NCBI RefSeq assembly: GCF_009834535.1
Contig: NC_045700.1
Coordinates: 87,296,001-87,360,000, forward strand
Origin: Camelus ferus
Lineage: Eukaryota
Length of the DNA stretch: 64,000 nt
Reading direction: 5' to 3'
Part shown: positions 49,766-62,019 of the stretch, piece after piece
Position numbering within the stretch: the first letter of the stretch is position 1
Layout: every line of letters begins with the position of its first letter
Made by a program: the position numbers and the translations under genes
Notes under the pieces: generated by a model
Told to the model about the DNA's origin: nothing
Database searches by the model: none
What the model saw: the letters and a program-made list of their open reading frames with translations, nothing else

Positions 49766-50599
49766 AAAATGTTCATTGGACAGCATCTACTATCCTCCAC
49801 TTTTAGGGAGAAGATATTTTCATAGTGGTGACCCACCTAAGCCAGGAATCGTGCCTGAGCCCAATTCAGCCATAAAGAGTTACCCTTCTCTGAGGTGAGG
49901 ACCCCCCGCCAGACAAAGCTTGCAGGTTTGTGAGCCGGAGGGTTTGCATGCATCACCACCTCTAAGCATTAAGTTTGCAGTCTCTCCAAAATGCAGTCAG
50001 CTTCTGTATCTAAGGGAAAATTCAAAGTTCCGGGCTCCAGATAAAATCTGGACCAATCTCAGAATCAGTATGAGATGGATGAACTCCAAGGCCTCTTGCA
50101 GTCTGAACCTGCCATGATTTATAACAACGGGGATGGTAGGTCTCCACCACTGACAAGTGGGAGCTCAGGCCACCTCTGGATTTATCTTTATCTGCAGAGA
50201 ATCGTCAGCTTAAGGTTTCTCCATCACATGTCTGAATCATTTTACTTAAAAAATTTTCCTGTGTTTATTCTGATTGTACTTTTGTTTTACTACCAGGAAG
50301 TTAAAACGAGATTGGTAGTTTTCCAAATTGGAGGAAAACATCACTTAAGATGAATTTAGAATGCTTATTCGCTTGAGAAGACAATAAATTATCAAAGTTA
50401 AAGTGTCTGTTTTTAACATGAACTTTCCTTTTTATTGTTCTGGGTGAACTTTATTTTTTTCATGTTAATTTTTAGCAAGGTAAAATATGCAGATAGTAAA
50501 ATAATAATGATCATTTTTAAATACTTGTCATATTAAAGACTTAGAACAAAAGCAAAGTCCCTCTTTTGGTTCCCCTCTCCCAGGTTCCCCTCCACAGGG

Positions 50600-52700
50600 G
50601 CAAAAGCTTTCAGCACTTGTCGCTATTTCTTCCGTTTTTTTGCCTCTAGATTTCTGAAACACAGGCTTATAGAGTTATTTCTCAATGTGCTGATTTTGAC
50701 ATTATGTATTAACTGCATGTATTAGGGGGGAACTCTTCCATGACCCTCCTCCCTCTTTTTCCTCAAGTCTTCTCAACATGCTTATAGCATAATTTTTGGT
50801 TAAATCAATAGTGTATGATCTTAGACATTTTGTTCACTGCTGAGACATTACTTTGCATGTTTGTAGACTTTCTTGGACAAACTTTTGTTTGTCCTGGTTT
50901 TAAAAGTTTCTACTGTCACCCTCAACAGTTTTCTTGCTTCCTTAGTGTCCCCTTGGGGCCCCAATCCTCCGGCTCCAGTCTGGGTCCGCTGTACCACTGT
51001 TGTCTGGGACACTTGTTCCAAGTCACGTCTTGCTCCTGGATCCCACGTCTTTCCCTTTCTTGACTTAATTCTCTTTTTTGGTAGAGCACATCTTCCTGTA
51101 GTTTCCTATGGAAGGTGCCTGGAAGGTAATATTTTTGATTCATTATACATCTGAAAGTGTGTCCTCTCAAACTCATGTACCATTTGGTGAGTAGAAAGTG
51201 TGGGTTGGAAATCGATTTCCCTCCGAATCCTGAAGACCTCATGCCATACCGCCCCTGTGGTCTTGCTGCTGACACATCCAATGCCATTTCGACCTCCACG
51301 ATGTTTGTAGGTGACTCTTGCTTGTTGGTGCTGTTTACTTCTAGGATCTTTGTTCCCAGTGTTCTAGAAGGTTCTCACAATGTGCCTCAGATGTGTGTGT
51401 TTGTGAGAGAAAGACACAGTAGTAGTAAGCCCTCTCAATCTGAACACTGATTTTTTCACTTTAGAAACTTGTTCCTTGTATTTTGGTGTTTTTTTTTTGA
51501 TGATTTCCTCCTCTCTAACTTTGCTCTTTTGTCTTCTGAAACGCCTATTGGACAGACACTGGACTACCTGGACTGACCGTCAAACCTTAGCGTTTTTTTC
51601 TTACTATTCATCTCTCTCCCTTTCATCCTATTTTCTGGGAGATTTCCAGAATTTCTCCTTTATTATTTCCATCAAACTTTCTATTTCACTTGGGCCCCTG
51701 TAATATTTATTACTGCCTACCAAGTCATCTTATGATTTTGCAGTTTAAAGCAGTAAACACAGATTATCTCATACATTTTCTAAGTGTCAAGAATCTGGAA
51801 GCAGCTTGGCTGGTTGGTGCGATCTCAGAATCTTCCATGGAGTTGCCGTCAAGCTGTGGACTGGGGCAGTTGTCACCTAAGACTTGACAGAGTGGGGAGA
51901 TAAGCTTGAAAATAGGTCATTCACAGGATTGGTACCAGAGGCCTCAGTTCCTCAGTATATGTTATGTGTGCCTCTTTGTAAGGCTCCTTGACTTGACAGC
52001 TGGCTTCCCAAGGACAAGTAATCTGAGAGAGAGCAGGCGTCACAGTGTCTCTTCATGACTTATTCTCAGAGGTGACATAACATCTCACCTGCCTTATTCT
52101 GTCTGGTCATCCAGACCAACCTTGGCTCAGTGTGGGAGGGGACCACACAAAGGCATGAACCCCTGCACGAGGCACCACTGGGGCCATCTTGAAGGCTGGC
52201 TGCCGCAGCTCTGTCTTCCAACTTCTGTTGTTTCTTTTCTCTTTCTCCTCTATGGGTGCCCACATTTTTAGGGCTGCCCCTGTTGGCAATCTTCCATGAA
52301 CCCAATGCAAATAGTGTTAAAATGGTGTTTTTTGGCTCACGCTCTCCACTCCCTGGGTACCACTTCTGAGTTGGCTTCTAGACTCCAGCTGCTTAAGGCA
52401 TCAGCCCCTCCCACTGCTGTGTGTTACCGTTGCATTTTGCTCATCAGGAACATGCATCTTGGTTTTCGAGTTTGTCTGTTTTATTTTCTGGTTTTATATC
52501 TTTTCTTTTGGGGGGACAGAAAATATGTTCTATGTCCACGCAAGCATACCAGCCACTTGACTTGAAGGGTCCACTCACCACCATCTTCCAAAAAGTAATT
52601 GACACTTTTAATCCGGTTCTGTCTTCTCACCTGTTTTACTTGTGACTTGATACTTTTTTTATTCTTTATCCATCATCTTATTCTGGTTTTCAAAAGGAGA
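50600..52700 (-). mobile_element. Ancient HAL1/L1M-type remnant split by an MLT1 LTR
   Basis: ggtagagcacatcttcctgtag...catctgaaagtgtgtc...gggttggaaatcgatttccctc motifs. Boundaries approximate. Confidence 0.5.
51699..52207 (-). mobile_element. MaLR solo LTR (MLT1E/F-like)
   Basis: TG...CA ends. gaatctggaagcagcttggctgg...gaggcctcagttcctc...gtcatccagaccaacc...ggggccatcttgaaggctggctgccgca. Confidence 0.75.
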
Positions 52701-53466
52701 GGACATAAAGGTTATTTAGTCAATCTTTCTGGATTAACTCTCACATGAGCCTGATTTTCCTGCTTTATTCAGGCTGGGACTGCTACTTAAGCAGTGTCCA
52801 TGTTTCCAGATAATGTGACATCGGAGTCTTCCCCAGAATCCAAAGAAAGCTTCCATCTGGGAAAGTGGTCTTGTCCCAGCTTCCTAATGTTCTTCCTTGG
52901 CTTTAAGGAAGGTTCACAAAGACAAAATGGATTTTCTCCTGAAAATGTCTTTCATTTCCATGATTAAGTACAAGGTTTCTAAAAACTCCTAGCAACCCTC
53001 CCAGAACCAAAGCTGAAAGATGTAAGACTTTTAAATTCACTTTAGATTGGCCACTGGTACAGTGAGCCAAGTAGCAGCTTGTGGAAGCGGTGAAGGCATA
53101 TGGCCTTTCTCCACACGGACAAGAGCTAAGGGCAGCTCCCCCAGGGAGACCGGCCCCGTCTGTAGGAGCCTGCTCTGGAGAGATCACTAGAACCCTGAAG
53201 TGCTGGGTTCAGCGGTCAGTTGGCAGGGGCTCATTCACTGATTATCAAATGAAAAAGGGAGAGGTGAGTTTTGTATACAAGTTACATTTTACTTTTTAAG
53301 CAATATTATCAAAGATATTTTCTTAAAGATGTGGTCTTAAACACAGGCAAACCAAGCAAGCAAACTAAGGGGCCTCATCTCCCAACATGTGTCTCTGCCT
53401 GAAGTTTTTAAAGTTTCTACTGTTTGAAGTTTGAATTTCTCTACCATTCGTGGCATTTGTGGCAGA

Positions 53467-53492
53467 TGTGTGTGTGTGTGTGTGTGTGTGTG
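53467..53492. repeat. (TG)13 microsatellite
   Basis: Read directly from the sequence. Confidence 0.95.
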
Positions 53493-53507
53493 ATAAGCAT
53501 TGGTTCT

Positions 53508-53731
53508 CTTGCAGATACTAACTACTGTATATAAAATAGATAAACAACAAAGTCCCACTGTACAGCACAGGGGATTATATTCAATATCTTGTAATAACCT
53601 ATAAAGAAAAAGAATATGAAAAGGAATATAATGTATGTATAACTGAATTACTAAGCTGTATACCACAAATTAACACATTATAAACTGATAATATTTTAAT
53701 GAAAAAATAAAATAAAATAAAACAAAATAAA
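53508..53731 (+). mobile_element. L1 3' end with a perfect 13-bp TSD
   Basis: actactgtatataaaatagataaacaacaaagtcccactgtacagcacaggg... with an (AAAAT)n tail. TSD aagcattggttct at 53495-53507 and 53732-53744. Confidence 0.93.
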
Positions 53732-54531
53732 AAGCATTGGTTCTTAAAAGTCATGTCAGTTACAGGATAGATTTTTTTTAATTAATTTATTAGCATGCCT
53801 TATGCAATATGAGATTAACTTGCTGTCATCTTTCAAAGAGAAAACCGTGCAGCAGTGGGTCACTGAACAAACAGTGGCCTACCAGAGCGATATGGACAGA
53901 GGAGAGAGGCAGTCAGACCTAGCTGAATGCTTCACAAAGTCATGTCTGAACTGACCACGTAGATTTTCACCAGACTAAGGTGAATGAGAAAAATAAGATT
54001 TCTTTAAGAAGGAAAGTTTTCATTTTAAAGGACCATCTTGTATTCTGTGAGCATGTACTTGTTTCCTTTATAGTTTTTTTTTAATTCATTCATTTATTTT
54101 TACAGAATGATGACTGGTAGATGATAGATTCACTGTTGATTGGTGGGTGGGGAGGGTTTCATTTACTCATGGTTGTAAGTGGTCATTGTCCTTAAGAAGC
54201 AAATTGGAAATAAGACAATCCTTGTCCATTTTAAAAATTATTTTATTTTACAGCTCTAAAAAGTCCAAAACACTAGGAAATTTGGGATTAGATGATCTGC
54301 TGGGTTCTTTCAATACCCAAACTTCATAACCTTGGACTGAAGTGTGATGGAGGGGAGGTGAGGCTAATAAGGGTGGATGGGAGGAAAATAGAAAAATTCT
54401 TGTCTGACACTCAGAGGCAGAAAACCATCTCTCACTGGAGCTTGGAGCTAATAAATTCCTTAGTTTCTATCTTAATTTGTTTAGTGTAACTTTTATACCG
54501 CCACAAAAAAATATATAGAAGATAATTGACA

Positions 54532-54835
54532 CCAGGGGTTAGCAAGCTTTTTCCATAAAGAGTCAAGAGGCAAAGTCAAGGCTATTCTATAGGTACCTAT
54601 ATAACAAAGGAGAAAAAACAAATACTCACAAGTATTTTAGCGATGAAATCCAAAACTTTNNNNNNNNNNNNNNNNNNNNNNNNNNNNNNNNNNNNNNNNN
54701 NNNNNNNNNNNNNNNNNNNNNNNNNNNNNNNNNNNNNNNNNNNNNNNNNNNNNNNNNNNNNNNNNNNNNNNNNNNNNNNNNNNNNNNNNNNNNNNNCTGG
54801 ATCTGACTTGTGGGCTGCAGTGTGCCAACCTCTGG
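54532..54835. mobile_element. MER58B-like element spanning a gap
   Basis: ccaggggttagcaagctttttccataaagag at the left end and ctggatctgacttgtgggctgcagtgtgccaacctctg at the right end. Confidence 0.65.
54660..54796. other. Assembly gap (137 N)
   Basis: Run of N. Confidence 1.
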
Positions 54836-54984
54836 TTTATGCAGCTGATTTCATGAACAACCACGTTCTGTTTATCGCTGGGATTTTATTCCATCATCGA
54901 AGCACAGGCACAGGGGGAGGGCGGGGGGTGCATATTCTCCCTCCTCCAATGCCCCAGGTGCCCGGAGGGCCAGTCAATAATGAA

Positions 54985-55212
54985 ATATAGCTTAGAGTTG
55001 AGAATACGGCATGGGTCCAGCCACGTGGGTTCAGATTCCCCACCTCCATCCCTGACTGCCGCTAGCCTCTCCATATCCTGGTTGTCTTATCTAGAAGAAT
55101 GGGCTAATAGGGCATCTGCCTCACGGAACTGTTACCAGATGTCAGGGAGATCGTGCACAGGGCAGAGAGCCCTGATGGGTGCTCCAAAAATGTTAATTAC
55201 TGGTATCATTAA
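54985..55212 (+). mobile_element. MIR SINE
   Basis: atagcttagagttgagaatac...gtgggttcagattccc...gcatctgcctcacgg...aaatgttaattact. Confidence 0.65.
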
Positions 55213-56335
55213 CCTGCTTATTGAAGTTCATTTTCTCCAAAGCACCTTTTACATGGTATCTTGTACAGTCTATTAATCTTATGTAAATGGCAAAGACCTC
55301 TTAGTCCCACTGAACGCAAAACCTCTTAGGGCAAGAAGGGAAAAAAAAAAAAGAGAGAGAGAGAACCAGGAGTTAATGATTATAGGTATAAATACCACTC
55401 ACTGCTTCACGCGGGACAGCCTGAACTTCCTTATCGTGTTGGTTATTCCCAAATGTACCAGGGACCTCTGACTGCCACCTTCTTTGTCAGAGCCAGTGAT
55501 CTGTACGCTTGCTGTGGTCCAGAAAATCCAAAAACGGGTGGCTGGTTTAGGTGTCTAGACTAGTGATGGCTCTCTGGACAGAAAGAGGGAGTGGCAGTCG
55601 CAGTGAGATTTCTGCGCTATCCAAGTGTGGGGACAGTGGCTCCTGGGCAGGGAAGAAGGGGCCACTGCGGGAATGCGGGGCTTGGATGTCAACCTCCATC
55701 ACTGGAGGGCACGCTGCCAGGGCTCATGGTCAGTTGCTTAAGGCAGACACGGATGGAGGGACCCAGCAAAGGACAGCTCATGGAGTCTGTCTGGCAGCCC
55801 GCCTGACTCCGTCAGCTCTTCTTTTCACACACAGAACTTTCGCCTCTGGCTATTGGCTGGGCAGAGGGTCAATAATCATAATGCAAAATCAACAGGGCTG
55901 CTCAGTAGAGTGTTAACCAGCTTTGAACGCTGCCAACTTCCCCTTCTGCTAAACCAGGCAGGGCTGGGGTGGGGGAGGGGAGCCTGGAGGGAGGGCTGGG
56001 AAGGCCACTTCTGTTTCACTGGGATGCATGGAAACTGGGCATGCGATGCTGGGAGAGGCGAATGAGGAAACACCCAGGCTTACTTGGAAACTGTTTCCTG
56101 GCCTGTTAATGAACAATAAAAAATGTATGTGCTTAATCCCATCCCTTATTAGCTTGAGGAGTAAAAGGATAATTTTTATACTGCCTGCCAGGGCTGGAGG
56201 GGTGTAATTGTGAGACAGAGTTCCTCCCTGCAGACTAGTAAACATCCTAAGCCCTCAGCTCAGGAGCATTTAAATAGCAATATTAAGTTAATCAATTAGT
56301 AATAGCCCACCTGATTGATAGCTCTCTGTAACAGC

Positions 56336-56950
56336 TGTAGGGGAGGAAAAAGTTTTTCTAGACCTTCTTAGAATTCCTGGCTGGGTCTGAAAATTAAACT
56401 GACAAAAACAGAGTAACAGGAGAAAAGCATACACATTCAAGAAAATTTTTTTACATGTGCATGGGAGCCTTGGAAAGAGAATGAAGACCCAAAGAGGTGA
56501 TAAGAGTAGGCAGCATTTAGACCTTTTAGACAAAGAAACAATACATTTGTGAAGAATTGATAAGACAAAGGTTGTGGGGTGTTAAATGCTGAAAAAGTAA
56601 CTGGGAGATAAGGGCTAATTTCACAGGGTTTGTCTGCAGATTCCTCTAGTGCCATCTCTGGGCTGAGAAGATTCTGTTTGAATGTAGGCAGAAAAGGGGG
56701 AGTTTTTTCTGCATTTAATGATTCTTTTTCATTTCTGTTTGTTTCTTTTTATTCTGTTTTTAAATTTTTATTTATTTAACCGTAGTGAAGGTGATGGGGA
56801 TTGAATCCAGGACCTTGTGCACGCCAAGCTCGTGCTCTATCACTGAGCTATAACCCCACCCTCATTTAGTGCTTGTTCATTGCCTTCAGCTCAGAATAAT
56901 TTGTGTATCAATGAGGTGAATTTGGGGGAGATGTGTACTGGTTTTCTTCA
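56336..56950 (-). mobile_element. ERV1 solo LTR (MER34-like) with a perfect 4-bp TSD, carrying a nested SINE
   Basis: TG...CA termini; TSD cagc at 56332-56335 and 56951-56954. Shares aaactgaca, gtttgtctgcagat and ccttcagctca-aata motifs with 33203-33750. Confidence 0.85.
56725..56857 (-). mobile_element. Camelid tRNA-derived SINE nested in the LTR
   Basis: ggggattgaatccaggaccttgtgcacgccaagc...ctatcactgagctataacccc. Imperfect flanks cattta(a/g)tg. Confidence 0.88.
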
Positions 56951-56954
56951 CAGC

Positions 56955-57135
56955 CCTCAGTAGGCATCTTATGTACATGTCTAAGTGCTTTACCAGTGTT
57001 AGTACATTTGACCCCACTTTACAGGTGTGAAAACTGAGGCACTGGGAATTACCTCAAGTCAGGTAGCTTGGCAGAGCTGTGATTTAAACCCAGGAAGTTT
57101 GCCCTGGAGCTGGTACCCTTAACCCCTCTGCCACA
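56955..57135 (-). mobile_element. MIR SINE
   Basis: ctaagtgcttt...ccccactttacaggtgtgaaaactgaggc...cagagctgtgatttaaacccagg. Confidence 0.8.
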
Positions 57136-57153
57136 TTGCCCAGAACAGAAGGC

Positions 57154-57250
57154 GATGTACAGGAAGTACATGGACGATACTTGGGTGATACATGGGTGAT
57201 ACACAGGCAATTCATGGGTGATACATGAACGATACACAGGCACCACAGGC
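57154..57250. repeat. Degenerate minisatellite (gatacatgggt-like 11-bp units)
   Basis: gatacttgggt gatacatgggt gatacacaggc aattcatgggt gatacatgaac gatacacaggc. Confidence 0.75.
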
Positions 57251-57744
57251 ATTGAAACAGAGAAAAGTGCGAGAGCTGACCGATCAGCATTCCCAAAAGT
57301 GCTGGCTCCTTTTGTAACATAATCGATTTGCCACATTTCATTTAGAAGCTTCAAGTCCCATTGGGATTTCAAACCCCAATGTTTATTTTATTAAACAAAT
57401 AAAACAAATTGTTTCTAGGCTCATGTACAAATCATATTTGGTTAATCAACTAATATAGTTCATGTACTCTAAGACAACTGTTTAACAAGTACCACTTAAT
57501 TCATTTGCAGTTTAACAAAAATACTTTTTAGTCTCTCCTACTGTGGTCCAGGACTGGTACTTCAGCACCGGACAAACAGCTGCAGGAGGATATGTCAGGG
57601 AAGGTGGTGGCTAGTTCAGACTGATGGAAAAACATATCAGACGTCAGCGTGTGTGTCCTTAGGTACGAGGTGGTGCAGCAACAAAGGAGACAGGGACAGC
57701 TCCCAGTGACTGGGTATCTTACAGAGCACAGCGCACTCCGCAGG

Positions 57745-57905
57745 CACCCTGGTGACAACTAGATATTAATATCTTCCTTTCCAGGTGCAGTAACTTGGAA
57801 GGATTAAGTAATTTGTCCAAAGCTCCAAATAGTAGCTGGCAAATCTGGAAATAGATTCCATACAGATCTGGCTGTAGGCCTGTGGTTTCTGGACTTCTTA
57901 ACCTT
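57745..57905 (-). mobile_element. MIR SINE fragment
   Basis: gattaagtaatttgtccaaagctcc...ctggaaatagattcca...tctggctgtag. Confidence 0.6.
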
Positions 57906-59069
57906 TTAGAATTCTCTACTCTCAAAGTTTATTTTGCATTCTAAGTAAGGTCATAAAAAAATGAATGTGACTGCTAAATGAATGGGTCTCACAAGTTTAA
58001 CTATTTAATATGCAACAGTGCTAAAACATCATGTAATCTTGGACCACTTCCTGATGTGTTAATGGTTATTGAGGGCAGGGGAAGAAAAGCCATAAAGTCA
58101 TTGTTAAGAGCTTTCTGCTCATGACAAATGATTTCTTACTTCATTAAGGTATATGGAAACTAAGAGGTACTTTACTGTTGGAAGAGGAAAAACCATTAAA
58201 ATGTTGTTTAAGAAATATCCATCATTATGATTTTATGAGTGTATGAGTTAGTACTATTTGGCCATACTGGTTTTTAAGTGCATTAGCATTTGAATACTAA
58301 TTAATGGTTATATTCCATTAATACAATCATGGTGTTTCAAAAGCGATTCCAAAAAAAAAAAAAAGAATCAGACTCAACAAAAGCGAAAACATGGCCACTG
58401 TCATCTTTTAGCCAAAAAACATATTTAAAATATTGAATTATGAATATATATTTGAAAAGATAAAAATTTATTTAAAGAAAAGGCACACAATTTAGAGAAA
58501 TGAATGTCTTGAGTCTGGGGCTACTGTTGTCATCATCCAGAAACAGCGAGGTGCCTGATTTCACATGGCCCCGTGTAGGGCTCTCTGCAGTCCTTGCTGA
58601 ACATCTGCCAGAGCTGCCCTGACTCTAAGTTTGAGTTTATTCATTCAGGCGGAGGGATCATCCACATGTCAGCAAAATCATCATGTCCTCTGAAGTCCTC
58701 GTCAGTCCAATTGTGCAGATATATAGGCAGGCCACATCTTGCCAATTCAACTGAAAATTAAAGTTGGAACCGTTTTGGACCAGTTCTGCACACCTGGGCA
58801 CAGAAACATAGCCCTAGACGTGGCTCTGAAGTCTCGCCAACGGAGCTGATCACCTACATGTGGCTGACACGGCAGATGAGTGGATAGTACAATAGACTCT
58901 CTCTCAGTGACTCTCCTTTTGACTGACAGCCCGACAGACCAGAGCTCTCCAGACCTTCTATGCAGCAGACCAGCTGATGCCCACTGCCTGCTGCCCCCTG
59001 GTGACCCACAGGCTTTCCTAGCACACCAACATACACCCGCTCCATGGTGGAGTTTTATGATTGCCAAGA

Positions 59070-60150
59070 GTTAGTGGTTTCTGCCAGTTGTGCTTATTAT
59101 TATAACAAAGTAATTTAATTAAATATTAAATAGCAAATTGCTTAAATACAAATGCATAAAAAGACATATCTCTGTGAAATCTATGTTGGAGGATTTGATA
59201 CAAATAAAATTGATAGAAAAACTGCTATTCACTTAAGCATGGCTGAGAAAACATTTAAAAAGTTAGACAGAAACATGGATTCATATCTGGAAGGACTTTG
59301 TACTCAGAATGCTCCACAGGCATCTTTAAGCAATCGGCCAGTTTCAAAAAAACCAAAACTGGAAATTACTGGCAGTGTTTTTAAGGGTATGACTTAGCAA
59401 GAACGATGCCATAGAGTTCTGAACAGCAGCCCATTCCCAAAGGAAAGACCTTGGCTCTATTTCACAAGAGTGAAGAATTGGTGTGCATTTATATGTTTTA
59501 AGTTAAAATAAAATGCCTAAAGTGTTTATGTATCTGTTTAATTTTTATTGAAGTATAGTCAATTTACAATGTTATGTTAATTTCTGGTGTACAGCATAGT
59601 GATTCAGTTAAACATATATGCGTGTATTTCTTTTCATATTCTTTTCCATTATAGGCTATTACAACATATTGAATATAGTTCCCTGAGCTACACAGTAAGA
59701 CCTTGTTGTTTATCTATTTTATATATGGTAGTTAGTAGCTGCAAATCCAGAACTCCCAACTTATCCTTATATCCGCCCCCCCTTTTCCCCTGGTAACCAC
59801 AAGTTTGTTTTCTATGCCTGTGAGTCTGTTTCTGTTTTATAATTAAGTTTATTTGTGCCATTTTTTTAGATTCCACATATAAGTAACATCACATATTATT
59901 TTTCTCTTTCTGGCTTATTTCACTCAGTATGACAATCTCCAGGTCCATCCATGTTGGTACAAATAGCATTATTTTATTCTTTTATGGCTGAGTAGTATTC
60001 CATTTATATACAGACCACAAGTTCTTTATCCAGTCACCTGTCGATGGACATTTAGGTTGCTTCCATGTCTTGGCTATTATTTGTTTTTGATTCCTGGCTT
60101 TCACTAACTTTTCCAACTAACCAACCAACTGGCTTCAAACTACCAATTAG
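59070..60150 (+). mobile_element. Tigger-type (Tigger13a-like) DNA transposon remnant split by an L1
   Basis: Frame 59152-59397 gives ...LEGLCTQNAPQASLSNRPVSKKPKLEI, resembling a Tigger/pogo N-terminal DNA-binding region. The Tigger-like end ttttccaactaaccaaccaact resumes at ~60110. Confidence 0.6.
59541..60078 (-). mobile_element. L1 3' end nested in the Tigger remnant
   Basis: ttttattgaagtatagtcaatttacaatg...ggtccatccatgttgg...catttaggttgcttccatgtcttggctatt. Confidence 0.92.
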
Positions 60151-60559
60151 GGCTCATATGAAAACAATGAAACCAAATACAAGCAAAAGCTAAATATGTC
60201 ACCCCTGAAAGTTCAAGATCCAAACTCAGGGACAGTAATGTAAAAAATCAGGTACCGTAGTTTTGATGACAAAGAACAGGGATCACAGGTGCTGTGGGTG
60301 GAGATAGGAGGCCAGTCCCCAGGCAGGAGGGGATTCAAGGGAACAAGCGTTCACATGCAGAGTCCCACACGGAACTCCAGATGCAGCCGGGTGAGCCCTA
60401 AAGCTTCTTGGACCTGTGACAGTCACTCGTTAAGATCGGACCTCATGTGTTGATTACAGGTGAAATCAGTGATTAAAACCAGGCCTCTCGTATGAAATAA
60501 AAGATTTGTTAACAATGAAACAGCTTTTTGTTTTCTAATGGTCATCAAGGGCCTTGTAA

Positions 60560-60749
60560 GGGTCAAGATCTTATTTAAAAACTAGTATAACTTGAAGTTA
60601 TTGTATCAGTGTTGATTTCTTAGGTTGGAAAATTACGCTGTAATTAGATAATGATATACTCTTGTTTTGGGGACATGCGTGCAAAAGTATTAGGGGTGAA
60701 GTGCCATGCATGGTGTCCAAGGTCTACTTTTGAATGGTTTGGCAAGAAA

Positions 60750-60784
<35 letters not shown>

Positions 60785-60945
60785 TGTTTGTGTAGAGAGA
60801 GAGGGAGACAAATAAGAAATTCAGTGAGTGGCCGGGACATGATGTTAACAATTGGTAAACCTAGAGAAGATATAGAGGTATTTATTGGCCTGTTTTTCAG
60901 TTCTTCTGAGGGTTTAAAATTTTTCCAAAAAATTTTTATATTGAA
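60560..60945 (+). mobile_element. L1MC/ME-type 3' end containing (TG)13 at 60751-60776
   Basis: aagtattaggggtgaagtgccatg...atgttaacaattggtaaacctag...gtttaaaatttttccaaaa. Confidence 0.7.
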
Positions 60946-61189
60946 ACAACTAACAACTGGTTAGCCTTGTGTTAATTTTAACATGTATTAAAATAGCCAA
61001 GCTTGTAGTTTCGTTCTTATTCCAGCCATAACTGTTCATAGCTCATATACGGAGAGTCTGTACACATTTATATAAAAAACATCTTAGTCACGGCAGTCCA
61101 CCAATAGCCACATACATCATATGTCTTGAAATTCCAGGACCAATGTGGATATGAACCGATCCCAGGGGTCCATCTACTCATTGACCCAT

Positions 61190-61330
61190 TCAATCAGTCC
61201 ACAAGCATTTGTTCAGGAATATTATATACCAGGGTTGCCAGTGTGAACAAGATTGGACAACCCTTCTCTCCTGGGGCTTAGGGTCATCAAGGAAAATATA
61301 CATTAAACATATAACAGCGAGTGGTCCATG
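61190..61330 (-). mobile_element. L2 3' fragment
   Basis: cattcaatcagtccacaagcatttgtt...acccttctctcctggggcttag. Confidence 0.5.
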
Positions 61331-62019
61331 GAGTCATTTAGAAGGGGGATCTGATCTAGCTCGGAGGAGTTCAGCAAACATTTATTTACTCAAGCTAAGA
61401 CTGAAAGATTCCCAAGAGTATATAGTGACTATGACTTCTACTCCAAGAAATGAAATTAAGATGGCCTCTATGCACCTTCTTAAGGGTTAGAGGATTGCCA
61501 ATTTGCCTCCTCCTACCTGTGGTCCAGAGATGCTCAGCATCCAGGTATTGTGTGGTGTCTGGGAGGCAGAGGAGTCAGAGATGCTCACGGTCTCCGTGAA
61601 ACAGTGGCCGCCATGCTGTGTAAGCCTGGGCACCAGGTCCTTGCCCAGGTCAAGTCCAGCTTCCTTGCCCCAGTATCTGGTCCCCTGGGGTGTAGGGCTC
61701 GGCCTTTCCTTTCTGAGTCCCTGCTGTCTCCTCCAGACGCCGTGTGGGAGCAGCATGCTGGTCCCTCCACTCTTGGGACCAACCTCAACAGGTCCTTATG
61801 CCTCCAGCAACAAAAGCTAGGAGAAATCTTGTCTTCGGGCAGCTTTTGCTTTCAGCCCAGGGACAAGAGCATCCTTAAAGTGAGGCGCACACAAACCTGC
61901 CTCCTTTCTTGGAATGAGAGGGGAAAAGGCATCACCAGCAAAAAGCAGGTGTGCAAACTAGTGTCTCAAATGGCCTAGTGTTCAGGAATCTGTAGAGAAT
62001 TAGTTCTATCCTACAGACT

